This document shows, piece after piece, positions 10,670-22,900 of a stretch of DNA of 64,000 nucleotides. A model generated the notes under the pieces. It was not told the DNA's origin and did not search any database. It was given only the letters and a program-made list of their open reading frames with translations. Numbering within the stretch: the first letter of the stretch is position 1; each line of letters begins with the position of its first letter. This DNA comes from Harriotta raleighana (Eukaryota). Location: contig JBNZDD010013732.1 in assembly GCA_050575255.1 (NCBI GenBank), positions 12,168,172 to 12,232,171 on the forward strand, in the 5' to 3' direction. Made by a program: the position numbers and the translations under genes.

Positions 10670-12185
10670 CAACAACAACAACAACAACAAAATTACACTT
10701 GTATAGCACCTTTCATGTTGGGAGGACGTCCCAAAGCGCTGAACAGTCAGATCGGGACCCGAGCAGGGGGGGAGGGTCGGGGGTAGGGAGAGGGGGAAGA
10801 GTTGGCGGGGGGGGGGGGCAAAGACCCGGTCAAAGAGGAAGGTCTTGAGACCGGCCTTAAAGGAGGATNGGGAGGGTCGGGGGTAGGGAGAGGGGGAAGA
10901 GTTGGGGGGGGGGCCAAAGACCCGGTCAAAGAGGAAGGTCTTGAGACCGGCCTTAAAGGAGGATAGGGAGGAAGCAAGGCGGAGGGGCTGCGGGATGGAG
11001 TTTCACAGTGTGGGAGCAGAGAGGCAGAAAGCCCGGCCGCTGATGGTTGGGCGGTTAGGGAGTTGGACGCGTAGCAGGCCTGAGTCTGCTGAACGGAAGG
11101 GGTGGGCGGGCTGTTAGGGAGACAGCAGGTCAGAGAGATAGGCGGGGGCAAGGCCGTGAATGTCCTTTAAGGTGAGGACGAGGATCTTGAATTCGATCCT
11201 CTGGGGGATGGGGAGCCAGTGGAGACGGGCGAGGGTGGGAGTGATGTAGTCATGGAGCAGAATGCGGGAGAGTATACGAGCTGCAGAATTCTGAATGTTT
11301 TGCAGCCTGTGAAGGGAGGAGCTGAGAAGGCCGATGAGGAGAGAGTTCCCATAGTCGAGCCTAGATGTAATGAAGGTGTGTATAAGTGTTTCGGCAGCAT
11401 GGTGGGGGGTGAGGTAGTGGAGTCTGGCATATTGTGGAGGTGGTGGAAAGCTGTACCGGTCATGAAGTGGATATGAGGGAGGAAGGACACTCCGGGGTCA
11501 AACAAGATGCCCAGATTCCTGGCTTTGAGAGGAGGAGAGAGCAGCCTTAAATCCTGATGTTGTCAGCACCTGAGGTGCAGAGGTGCTGACCCGAGCCAAT
11601 CAGGAGGGCCTCCATCTTGTTGACGTTGAGTTGGAGGAAGTTGGCCCTCTTGCAGGACTCAATGTTGGTCAGACATGCAGTCAGAATGTCAGTAGTCCTG
11701 GTGTCGAGGGTGGACGCGGAAAGATATAGTTGGGTGTCATCCGTATACATGTGGAAATTTACCCTATATCTGCGGATGATATCGCCCAGGGGGAGCATAT
11801 AGAGGGTGAAGAGCATGGGGACAGAGCCCTGGGGATCGCCACATGTGACTGTGCGGGGGCTGGAGGAAAAGCCGTTGGAAGAGACAAAGTATAGGTGGTG
11901 GGAGAGATATGACTGGAACCAGTCAAGGTCAGAGCCTTGAAGGTTGTGGAGAGAGGAGAGGAGGTGGAGGAGGATTGTGTGGTCGACAATGTTGAAGGTG
12001 GTGGATAGGTCGAGGAGGACGAGGAGGCAGAGGGTGCCCTGGTCACAGATGGTCAGGATGTCGTTTGTGACCTTGACCAGAGCAGTTTCCGTGCTGTGGG
12101 AAGTGCAGAAACTCGATTGGAGGGGTTCGAGGAGTGAGTGTCTTGACAGGAAAGAGCAGAGCTGGGAGGCAACCACTCTCTCCAG
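10670..12185 (-). mobile_element. 5'-truncated L2 LINE (RT, 3'UTR, (GTT)n tail)
   Basis: ORF 11547-12176 has HSTETALVKVTNDI, LLDLSTTF, GDPQGS, YTDDTQLY and FLQLNVNK. C-terminal HWLP region, then 3' end ...aaggtgctatacaagtgtaatttt(gtt)n. Frameshifted and inactive. Confidence 0.92.
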
Positions 12186-12521
12186 TCCAGACTAAATTTG
12201 AGAATTTCCACATTTCTGCCTTGTGTTAAATTTTAAGACAATATAGGTGTGCAGGTTGAGACTAGGTGTAATTTAGGGCCTCAGGACAGCTCAAAGGGGA
12301 CACAAAAGTGCTCAATGCATTTGCTGGATACTCAAGAATGGAAAGTTGTCCCTCTTTAGAATCCAGCAAATGCATCTTTATATATGTATGTGTAACTAAT
12401 AGTGTTTATTTATATCTTTATAACATTCATATAACGTTTATATAGTGCCTTTGACTTTGAGAGGGTGTTTCAAGATGCCTTAGTCCAATACCATGGGATG
12501 TCCTCCCGATGTGAAAGGTGC

Positions 12522-12810
12522 TGTGACTCAGTAGTTAGAGCACTTGACTTCCAAGCATGAGACCAGTATTCGATTCCAGGTAGGGCGAAACCATGGGCAA
12601 GTTCCTTTACTCCATATGCCTAATAAAAATTTCTCAAAAAAGATTGGTCATTTCAATCCACGACTGTTTGTGGGACATTGCTGTGCGCAATCGGTTGCCG
12701 CGATTTATCCACAAATATACAGTAGTCAATTCACTTTATACTATATTCTCTGAAGTGCTATGAGATGTCTAGAAGATGTGAAAAGTGCTAAATCAAACGC
12801 AAGGATCATG
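12522..12810 (+). mobile_element. tRNA/Deu SINE
   Basis: Head, Deu core and tail as in the other copies. Confidence 0.85.
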
Positions 12811-12899
12811 TAAATCAATGCATTTAAATACAACAAATTGCATTTGTTGTTGTTGTCGCCTAGCAATAGCATCTCAGCCACTAAGGTAAGCTAACAGGA

Positions 12900-15800
12900 A
12901 GTTATATTTCTGTCCAGTGATGACTTGAGCAGCAGCTGGTGCTGAAATCCACGTGATAACTCCCCCATTGTTTTGAGAGCCTAGGCGATTCCGTTGTGCC
13001 CTTTTTGTTCTGAAGGATAATAGTGATGTAACCAAAAGCCGGACATTCCCAATTAAAACGCTTCCTGCATGAGGTAGAAAGTCTTGTTGCACCCATTTTC
13101 CTGCAGTTGTTTTCTTCATTAATGTTCTGTTGGGTTGTATTCTGGAAAAAAATAGAAATGAGAAAAATTCCATGGTTTGAGGTTTTCAGCACAGGAAGCA
13201 TTTACAAATGGTACTTCCTGGTGTGGCAATGCACAGTGCGTTTTTTTTAAAAAAAAACGACTTGTTTTGCAAGCTACAATTATAGTTTTGCATTATCTGT
13301 GAATACAATCCTGGCCTTTTATTTTTAAAACAAACAAGGTGATGTAAAGCAAATGAATTAAATGATTCAGCTGCTTGTTGTGTTTATGGAAGGAGGAAAA
13401 CTTATACAGGTCCAAAAACAAACCATAGACAATACATCTGGAACACCTGTAGCCCTGGGCAGAGTGGAAAGTTGGCTGGACGGTAAACCTTAAGTCATCA
13501 GTAAGACAGAAAACGATAAGATGCTGATAGATGGAGCTCTTTTTCTGAGGAAGGAGACAAAAAGGGACTGTTCGAACACGCCCGAGAATCTTTGCATACC
13601 TTGTTTGTAACAATCTGGGGCGTCAAACCTTCCAAAAGCCATTGATCTGCAGTCCTCCATTAACTGATGTGGTCTCCCTGCAGGTACTGAACTGCAGCAG
13701 TGGAAAGTACTCAGGCTCCGGAATACGTACCCCGTCTCACTCTGAATCTTCAAACCATTTACTAGTCTGATCCAGTAGTTCCAACTGTGTAGAAAATACA
13801 CTCATAAGAAGGTACTTAGGCTATGTGACACCTGAAACACTCTCTACCATGGGGTGCAAATTAAGGATATTAAAATCATCTTCATAGCACCATAATATTA
13901 GTATCACTGCATCTAATAATGTTGAACTTCTCCAGGTGAACGGAGGCTAATTTCTGGATAGTTTGCAGGTTGTGTAAGAAGAATACTAGAATAATTGAGC
14001 CTGGATGTATTTAAAACATGAATAAAGGTCTTAGCAACCTGCGGGAGGGGGAAAGATAAGTGCTAAAGGCAGATAAAGTATGATCCTGATGCAAAGTGGA
14101 CTCAACTATGCTCCAGCATATTTTTGAGAACCTCAGGATTTCAGACAAGTGCTTGAAAATAAAAATAAAATGTACATTCATTTTTTCATTGCCCAAAGGC
14201 TGTCCAAACCTGCACAAACCTGCTGAAATCTCTGCACACATTTCATTTACGTGATTTCATTTTTCTTGATAAACAGAGTTCCAAATATTTAACATGTTGT
14301 TTCATGATGCCTGAATGTATTGAACATACTTGGCATTCTAAGACCTCGCAAAGGTAGCAAGTTGCAACTTTATGGTGTAGCTGCACCAAAGGCGTGTTAC
14401 TTACTTTGTTGATAAGTTTACTGTGACAACCATCCAGTGTTTGGAGAAAACTAAGTCTCATCTCTCAAGATCATTCTCTGGGGTTCATGGAATCCACATT
14501 ACATTCTGCCTCTTTGACAACCTGAGATTACTTTATTCATTATCAGGGTTATGGTAACATAAACTCTATACTCAATTGATACAGTGCTTTTTCAATGATA
14601 CTGCATATATTTTAACCCTTTAACAACCGCAGTAACATTTCTGCTGCCACATTCAATTTGTGAGTGTCCCTCAGCCAGAGTGACTCATTTCAACTGAGGG
14701 ATTATTAGTTACATGGAGAGGGCAAAATGGAGAACTGAATTTGTCCTGATGGCTAGAAGGAGGAAGAAATAGAAAGCTGAGGTGCATGTATCATAGAACC
14801 ATGGAACTCTACAGATGGAGGAGTTCGGCTCATTGTGCCTGTGAAAGAAACAATTTGAAAGAAACAATTAGTTTTAATCCCCCACTCTTTCCCAAAAAGC
14901 CTTGCAGTATTTTTATTTTCAGGTATATATCCAATTCCCATTTTGACTCTCGTGAATCGCCCATTGCAACCANTCATGGAACTCTACAGATGGAGGAGTT
15001 CGGCTCATTGTGCCTGTGTCGGCTCTTTGAAAGAAACAATTAGTTTTATTCCCCCACTCTTTCCCAAAAAGCCTTGCAATATTTTTATTTTCAAGTATAT
15101 ATCCAATTCCCATTTTGACTCTCGTGAATCGCCCATTGCAACCATGAGAGCGACCGAATCTGATAAAACAAACCAATAGTGCTCCCTGTCAGTGTGCTCC
15201 AACATGCTTCTTGAAGAACTTTTTGAAATAAATGACACATGCAGGCTGTGGTTTTGAAATGACAAGCTAAAATGATTATATCAGATCACACTTGACGACC
15301 TTCATCTTCGACTGTAGGGTCGTCTCCCCTTTCTCCGGCTTAGTGTTGAATTCCGCCATTGTTAAGCGCTTCGAGATGTTACCCACGTAAATAGTACTAC
15401 AGTATATACAGTAATTGCAAGTAACTGTTGTGTTTGTAAAGATTTATCAGGTAGCCCACTGAATATCCCTCAAGTTTATTTGAATGTTAATAAACATCTG
15501 ATAACGTGGGTCTACTCCTCGGCCACATTGAAGGTTTAATTGGTATTTGAACAGTGGGGAAAGAAGATTATAGATCCATGCTCACTTATACTCCACTCTT
15601 ATCAGAGTACAGAGTGGCACTATGAGCTGGCTGACTTGGAACTGCTGGATAGTACGCCTACAAGATTCTTCTGCAATAAGAAAAGTCTGGACATTATGAT
15701 GGTAAAAACTGATACCACCCTGCAGTACATTGGATAATTATGGAAAAAAGTCTCTCTTGGATTAAAAGATGGAGGTAAGCTTTTTACAAAGGAATGTGAA

Positions 15801-18800
15801 TCTTCTGCAATGCAACAATATCTTACAGTTCTGGAAATTCCATTATTCTCCTGCTTTGTTTATGTAGTTTGGTTGCTTTCGATCAGCGCTGAGTCCCAGG
15901 CGTAATGCCAAAGGAACAGGGAGTTGCCTGGTATTATTAGTCAAACCAGGAGGTGTGCTGGAACCAGTTAGTGTTCATAGGGGATCAGTAGGTCAGAGAG
16001 ACAAGGCTGTGGATTTTGAATTTGATCCTNCCTGCTTTGTTTATGTAGTTTGGTTGCTTTCGATCAGTGCTGAGTCCCAGGCGTAATGCCAAAGGAACAG
16101 GGAGTTGCCTGGTATTATTAGTCAAACCAGGAGGTGTGCTGGAACCAGTTAGTGTTCATAGGGGATCAGTAGGTCAGAGAGACAAGGCTGTGGATTTTGA
16201 ATTTGATCCTCTGAGGGATGGGGAACCAGTGAGGACGTCCAGACCAGGAGGTATGGAAACATTCAGACTCGGGGTGGCTGAACATTCAGATTGAGTGGGG
16301 AAGAGCAGTACATTTGGTTGGGGGATGCATGGGGCAGGCAGGCATGGAGAGAAAGGAAAGCGTTCTAAGTGGAGGAATTCACTTGCAAATTAAGTTACTG
16401 CAGTTTTTCTTGAGGTGGGGAGGCGCGCCTGCGCGGGAAACGATTTAACCTATTCTGAAAAGCTCCTGGCAAGCCCGAGAAAGCTACCCTTATGTTTGTA
16501 GAATTACAAAGTTTAGAGCGGTCCACTAACAGCTGCACTAATTATATCAGGCAAGCAGTCATGCTGCGGTGGGAACAGAATGGTGGTCGGGAATTCATTA
16601 GACTGAATAAAATGCTCTTGCTTTTCAATAAATGAGTCTGTTCATTTCAGCCCATTACCCATTGAAACACTCTGGGGTGAAGAGTGCGGCATGTGACAAT
16701 TTGAATTGGCGATAATTATCACATCACGTGTAGCATTCTTTAATCCGTCATGCCTAAAAGAGATCTACACTGATGGTAAGTGTTACTTGTAGGCCTTCCT
16801 TCACTACTGCACAAAACAGGTCATGTACTTCCACCATGAGTTAAAACCTCACCAGAATGTTAAATATTTGACCCTCAATATTTCACTCTTGAGTCTCCCA
16901 GTAACTGTAACAGGCAATTCCAGTATACGTGTGTAGTTTGGAGCAGAGTAATGCAGAGCTCTGTCTGCACATCCCTGCGGGATTGCTGAATTAGTGCCAA
17001 TTTGGCACCATTTGAAAAGAATTGGACATTCGTCTCATGCTGATTGCAAGCTGATTGAATTGCCCAAACCTATCTAATGTAAGATCGCTTCCAACCAGCT
17101 GGAGGACGTCTACTGAACTGGAACTTACATCTTGATAAGTGAACCCCACTGAGTAGCTTCCAGGGAGTTCCTTGTACCTACCAGCCACCTAGTGGGGGCT
17201 CAAGCCTATACCTATCATCCCTGTGAGAGGGAAGGAGGGGTGGGAGGGAAACAAGGCCTCCTTGGAGCTAGACTTGTTCCAAGATGAAATAGCTGGCAAC
17301 AGAATGCCAGAATTGAGCCAGCCCTCTGTGGCGATCTCGATTGTCTGAGTCCTGAGCCAGGCATGTGTGCAGCATTCTAGGGCACTGCTGATAATAATAA
17401 ATAATCCTTGATAACAGCATACCCGGCCTGATTGATTGACAGGACATGGAAGATCAGACCAGTTACTGGGGCATGAAGTCATCCCACTCGCCTGTTAACC
17501 CTGCAAGCCAAAGTTCGGTCGGGTAGTCCTAGCTGGACAAGCAGATAGCAATATTAATGACAAGGATCCCAATGCCTTGGCTGTTGCCAACCTGCGCCTA
17601 ATACTTTTCAGAATTAGATAAGTAGGATTCATTCTTCTAGGGAACGAGTACATACTCCACTCCAACAACCTATCTCTGGATTCCCATGGACACTCTTAAA
17701 CATAGTGATGGGTTTCTGCTTGTGTCAGACACCCAACTGGCCAAAAACAAAACAAATACACTACAATTCATGCAATAAATCATCCAGCAGAAAATTCTGA
17801 CTAATATTGGACTGTATCATTGTGACCCCCTCTGACAAGGAGGTGAAGTGTTTTGGAAAAATCACATCATTCATGTAATAGGAATCGACAGCTCTGTAGT
17901 TGTGGAAGAACAGTGGAGACAAGATCAAACAGCAATCACAAATCACCAAGCATCACCAACTTGGCACCTTCATAGCTCAAGTTTAAATCAGTTCACAGCT
18001 TCTTGGGTTCTTTGACACCAGTGTTCGGAACTGAATCCTCACTGGGCCAGCACCTTTACATACATCAAAAGGAAGTTACCATCAGCACATATATATGCAA
18101 TACATTACAATTTACATTTATAAATGCCTTTCATGTCAGGAAGTATGTCTCAAAATACTAGGAAAGGGAGCAGAAGGAGTGGGAAGGGGAAAGGTGACCA
18201 AAAATAAAACCAAAAAGATAACAATCAAGTTGCATTCTTATATCTACCTTCATGGATGATAGTGTCTTGGACACTGTCTTGGAGATGGACTTTGAATGAG
18301 GATATATAGTATGTATATAAGTAAATATACTGAATATAAGAATGGAGGTGATTGCATTTCTGAAAACAACAACAACACAATTACATTTATATAGTGCCTT
18401 TCACGTCGGGAGGATGTCTCAAGGTGCTGAACAGTCAGGTAGGAACCAAAGCAGGGAGGAGTCGGCGTACGGGGAAGGAGAGTAGGAGAATTGACTGTAT
18501 ATTTGTGGGCGAAACAGCCAAAACAGATTACAATCAAAGTCACCAGCATGTCAAAGCATATTAGATCAATTAATAGACTTTAACGTATACCTTAACGTTT
18601 TATTGCGTCATGTACTGTTTTAATAGGAAAAATACTGACAAAATCAAGACTATATCAACTGAAAGCTTTGCGTGTTGACTGAACCCATTTTCTCTCCAGA
18701 AGCAATAAGTTGAATGGAACAAAGTTATCAAGGCCAACGTTATAATTACAATTCCTTCCAGCACTCACACAGTGACAGAGGTGTTCTATTGTACATGCTA

Positions 18801-19445
18801 CAAAATACAATGGCAGTGTTTCCAGATATTGTGTCACAAGGATGCAAAGTCTTTCCCCTAGTACATACTTGGCAAGAGTGCCCGAAGTTCATTGCTTTAG
18901 CATAGCATGGCCAATGCTTGGGATTTGCAGCACAGTGTTGTTCTTCCTGTTGCCAGAGGTAGCATTAAATGGATAGTGCATTGTCAGCAACTGAATCATT
19001 ATGACACAAATTGGAAAACCCTTTGAGGACTGACAACCTATGCAGATTTCAAACTGCGGGAATGTCCTACCACATAACAGTTGTCGAGAGTTATTGTGTG
19101 AACATCAGTTTGAATTGTTTTCTCTCTGTACTTCCAGAGGCATTAAATCATGCCAGGCGAACATTTCTACCGGGGTTTGTAGTTTTATTTGATTGTATCA
19201 GTGGGCCAAGTCACAGGGGAATTCAAACCTCATCTGATTACACATCATGCAACACAATTGCACACTCCTGCAGGAGGCATTTGGTTGCGATTCAGAACAG
19301 AAATCCTGACCAATTTATTTTCCCCCCTCTCAATTATAAATGATTCCAACCAAATCCCATCGCTTTTATAATGATATTAACCTTCTAGTAGGTTTTAAAT
19401 TCAAGTGTATTTCAAAGTCATAAAACATTCAAACTTCCTATTCCA
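12900..19445 (-). mobile_element. Near-complete fossil L1/Tx1-clade ORF2 (EN-RT-thumb-zinc knuckle) interrupted by younger insertions
   Basis: Collinear degenerate motifs: IGSLNV (~19430), WSG..AGV/AIVL, ERKQF, FNLLLL (~18710), EWGNKTNCFF (~15050), RLSFLQTLD..SKL...LVQLHH..TCYL (~14400), VESTLHQDHTLS (~14090), KYL...NYW..LV...RSLS (~13750), and FNWECP (~13050). Confidence 0.6.
15540..15800 (+). mobile_element. Tx1-like EN-RT linker relic, opposite strand
   Basis: ELLDSTPTRFFCNKKS resembles E.GEKPTRFFF..EK and is followed by FYKGM (FY..LY). Confidence 0.35.
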
Positions 19446-19749
19446 AGTTATACAAAATAACTTGTACTAAAAGTTATTTTTACAGGAATAACCTATTTAG
19501 TTTGATTTTACTTTTTTTTGTTGAGGATATGCTTCCCTGTTTATTTCCTTCTCTTTCCTGAATGCCATGTGCCCCCAGCTGCCCTGCAATGAAATATAAA
19601 GCAATACCATAACTGCTGCTATTAGGTATTATCCATCGTCGTAATATAATATTGTAAGTTACATTTCATAAAATACTTAAGTAGATGAACTAATTCTTTG
19701 ACTTCCCTCCTCTTTAAGGGGATGTGACACCTATTAAGCCTTGCTCATG

Positions 19750-20080
19750 TGATTAATTGTAGAGGAAATCTCAAATCTCATCAATTGATGGGACAGCACA
19801 ATATTGGACCACTCTGTATTACACAGTTACTAACTGTGTACAGAGTGACCTTGTTGGACAACAAATCACTGAACTGCAAGGTCACTCATAATGCGGGTGT
19901 CTTAGCCTTCATGCTGGTGTACCTGGATAGCATGTCGACTTCCAGTGCTGATTACACATGTACAATAAACCAAATAGTGTTGAAGTGGGATCAATGGCTA
20001 TTTTTATTTGTTGGACCCATTATAACACAATGTGGACCCAGAACACACGTTATGAGTCTGTCCTGCACAAGCTTTTAAGC
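19750..20080 (+). mobile_element. Tx1-like RT thumb relic
   Basis: KSLNCKVTHNAGVLAFMLVYLDSM...INQIVLKW resembles RSLS..GKV.VIN.L..S.LVYL...I....F.FLW. Confidence 0.45.
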
Positions 20081-20899
20081 CAAACAGGAAATGTAATGGT
20101 TAAATCCTATTAGGAACACTTCAGCCGTTCATGTTTCCAAAAAGCACATCACTGCAGCAATATTTATGTCATGTATCGGAAGGGTGTTATAATAGAATTG
20201 GATGCAAGTACATTTCATGATAGGATAAACCCTGGCATTTAAGATGATGAATAACACAATCTTCCCTTTATTAGACTGATCATTGTGAGATCATTCTGAT
20301 CATCCTGCATGAAGGGCCCTATATAAATGCAGGTTGTTGCTGTTGCAAATTTGTGTTTGGATATACAGTATACCTTTTTATTGAATGCTTTCTGTACTCA
20401 TTGAGCTTTTATGGGAAGGATTATATATTTGAGCAAGAGACTTTCTCCTGGCAGAGAAGGAACTTTCCCCCAATGTCATGGCCAACAATCTACATTTCCT
20501 GTCCATTTGTGAAACATTGCTATCCGCAAATTGTCAACTACATTTGTCCACAAAACGCAATCATTACTTCACAGTTTTATATGAATTGCTTTGAGATGTT
20601 TTCCTGATGTGAAAAATGCTATCCTAAATGTAATGATTATTATTAGTTGTGGTAAGAAGGCAACAGAGTACAGCCACAAAACTTGTTGGAGCCTGGAAGG
20701 TTACCCTTTACAGTAAGGGAGATTTCAAAAGATTCCTCTGAACTTCATCATATTAAAGGGGCCATGTGCTGAGTGAAGGAGCACCATTGCCAGCAATTGA
20801 TTGCGACAGATAAAATCAACCATCTGAACAGCACTCAAACAGTAAACTTAAGATATGCCTATATGAAGCAATAATGTAGGGAAGTAAGGGGACATCATC

Positions 20900-21420
20900 A
20901 CACCTTCACTGCACCGCATCCCATTCTGCACAAAGAAACTTCAGGCGTTTTTCAGGGCTTATTCATAACATCCAGGCTCAACTGCACAAACTCCCTGCTT
21001 ATCGGCCACCTCAATACCTCACTCCATAGGCTGCAGATCATCCAGAACTCTGCAGCCTGTGTCCTGTCCGACACTAGGCTCGAGGACCCTATTACCCCCA
21101 CCCGCCTCCGAATCCAGTGGCTTTGTATAACATAGAAGATACAGTTTAAGATCCTGGTCCTCACTTCCAAAGCCCTCCATGGCTTTCCCCCCCACTTATC
21201 ATTGCAACCTACCAACCTGACTTCTGAAATGCCTGCTGCCTCCTTGAACACCCATCTCAAGACCCTCCTCTTCAACTGTGCCTTCGGTCAGCCTCCTTCG
21301 CATCCTGCAGTTCACCCTCCACCGATCCCGACCCCCAGCTCGAGAACAAAATATTGATTGTCCAGCGTCTTTTAGACAACCTCCTGAATTGTGCTATACA
21401 AATGTAATTTTGTTGTTGTT
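20900..21420 (+). mobile_element. L2 3' fragment
   Basis: Similar to the other L2 copies (ctgcagatcatccagaactctgcagc, tttaagatcctggtcctcac), with a (gtt)n tail. Confidence 0.8.
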
Positions 21421-22689
21421 TTTATTTGTATTTAAAATGTAACTCATCGACCACAGCAGTTTACATTTACACAGACATTCACATCAGAAGGACGTCCCCA
21501 AGTATTTTATGGAGGAGGGTGTTGAGGCAAAGAGAATTTGAAATGGAGTTTGTTTACTCCTGCAAAAGCTACTAGCTTTTCACTTTATGTTTTTATTAAG
21601 CAGTTGACGGTGTTCCAGTTGACGTCTAAAATCCCAATTATGGCAGGCACTGTTTTTCGATTAACTTTGTAATACACAGCAATTAATTTCACAGCACGCA
21701 TTTGTTTCCCATTCCAGTGCACGTAATGTCCTTGTGGCGATGTGCGGGGTGGGGTTGGGGGGGAAAAGCAACATAATTGTTAAGTTCAACTGCACCCAAT
21801 AGGTTAAAGATTGAAAGGCAGGATATCCTGGCATAGCCAGAGAGATCTCTGTTTAATCATGATTCTGGTCTCTGAAGTGCTTTCAGCCTTCCTCCAATGT
21901 GAAATACACTTATACAAATGCAAGCTGTTGCTGTTGATTCCAAAACCATGTCTCCGACAGTGTTGTTGATTGGGATCAATATGTAATTCACATTAAAAGT
22001 TTAACCAGGGATGGTACATACGCTTCAATTAAAATGAACAATGCACTTCTATTCCACGCTCTTGATGTAGTGCCTTTCACATCAGGAAGCCGTCTCAAAA
22101 CACTTCACAGGATTTACTGTAAAAGTAAATTAAAAAATAAATAAATACGGTGTATTTTTTAGGGAAATGTTCTTTTAATATATCAATATTAGAATTTAAT
22201 TGAAAAGCATACTGAATGCTGCAAACTTTGCAGCATGCTAAGAAAGACTGAATTCCAGTATATTTGCTCCCCTTTTTGTACGTTGATTCCTGTGCGATAG
22301 AAGGAAGAGGGCACGGGAGGGGAAAGGAGAGAACAGATCTCCACCCTCAGGTTTTTGTCCTCAGGTTAACCCACTTCTTCTAGAGCTTAACAGACAAGAG
22401 TCATAGCTGAAGGAATGAGGGTCCCTTGCAAAGCATTACTTAGTGACCATTGTTTGTGTAAACGGACGAGGTAGTCATGCTGAGACAAGTAATTCCGTTC
22501 CAAAAAAAAAACTTTATTTGTAAACTCCTAAAACCATAACTTTGGTTTCTTTGCAGCTCACATGAAACAAAATGACATGACCTCTGAATGACTCCAAAGT
22601 GTCCTTTAGTATTAGGGTGACTCAATTGCCTGTTCAATAAAAGAACTTGTAGAGATCTATAAAGTCTCAACAGGAATTTAAAAAGTAAC

Positions 22690-22900
22690 TGGAGGACCTA
22701 GCAAGAGAAAAAGAGGATATATATATTTAGAGGCAATTTCAGGACAGGCACCAGGAAGTATTTCTTTATCAAAAAGGCAATTAACGACTAGAGCAGATTG
22801 CAAGGTTGGTTGGTGGAGGCCAGAATGCTGTGCTCAGTTAAAAAAAAACTTTATGTTATAGTGTCGGCATTCGGTAGGTTTGCGATCAGATGGGCCGACA
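22690..22900 (+). mobile_element. Degenerate CR1 3' fragment
   Basis: aggaagtatttctttatc...gtggaggc...gatgggccga resembles the CR1 ORF2 end and 3'UTR. Confidence 0.55.

Noticed and set aside
11547-12176. 209-aa reverse transcriptase ORF as an active or domesticated gene
   Set aside because: It is a 5'-truncated L2 copy with a downstream stop and frameshifts and altered motifs (YTDD, deletion after PQGS).
12874-13201. Two overlapping 99-aa ORFs behind a strong-looking acceptor, suggesting a novel exon
   Set aside because: Better explained as the zinc-knuckle end (FNWECP) of the fossil L1/Tx1 ORF2; no partner exons are evident.
16420-16440. GC-rich patch with an E2F-like site (GCGCGGGAAA)
   Set aside because: A single short motif with no CpG island or associated exon; insufficient support.
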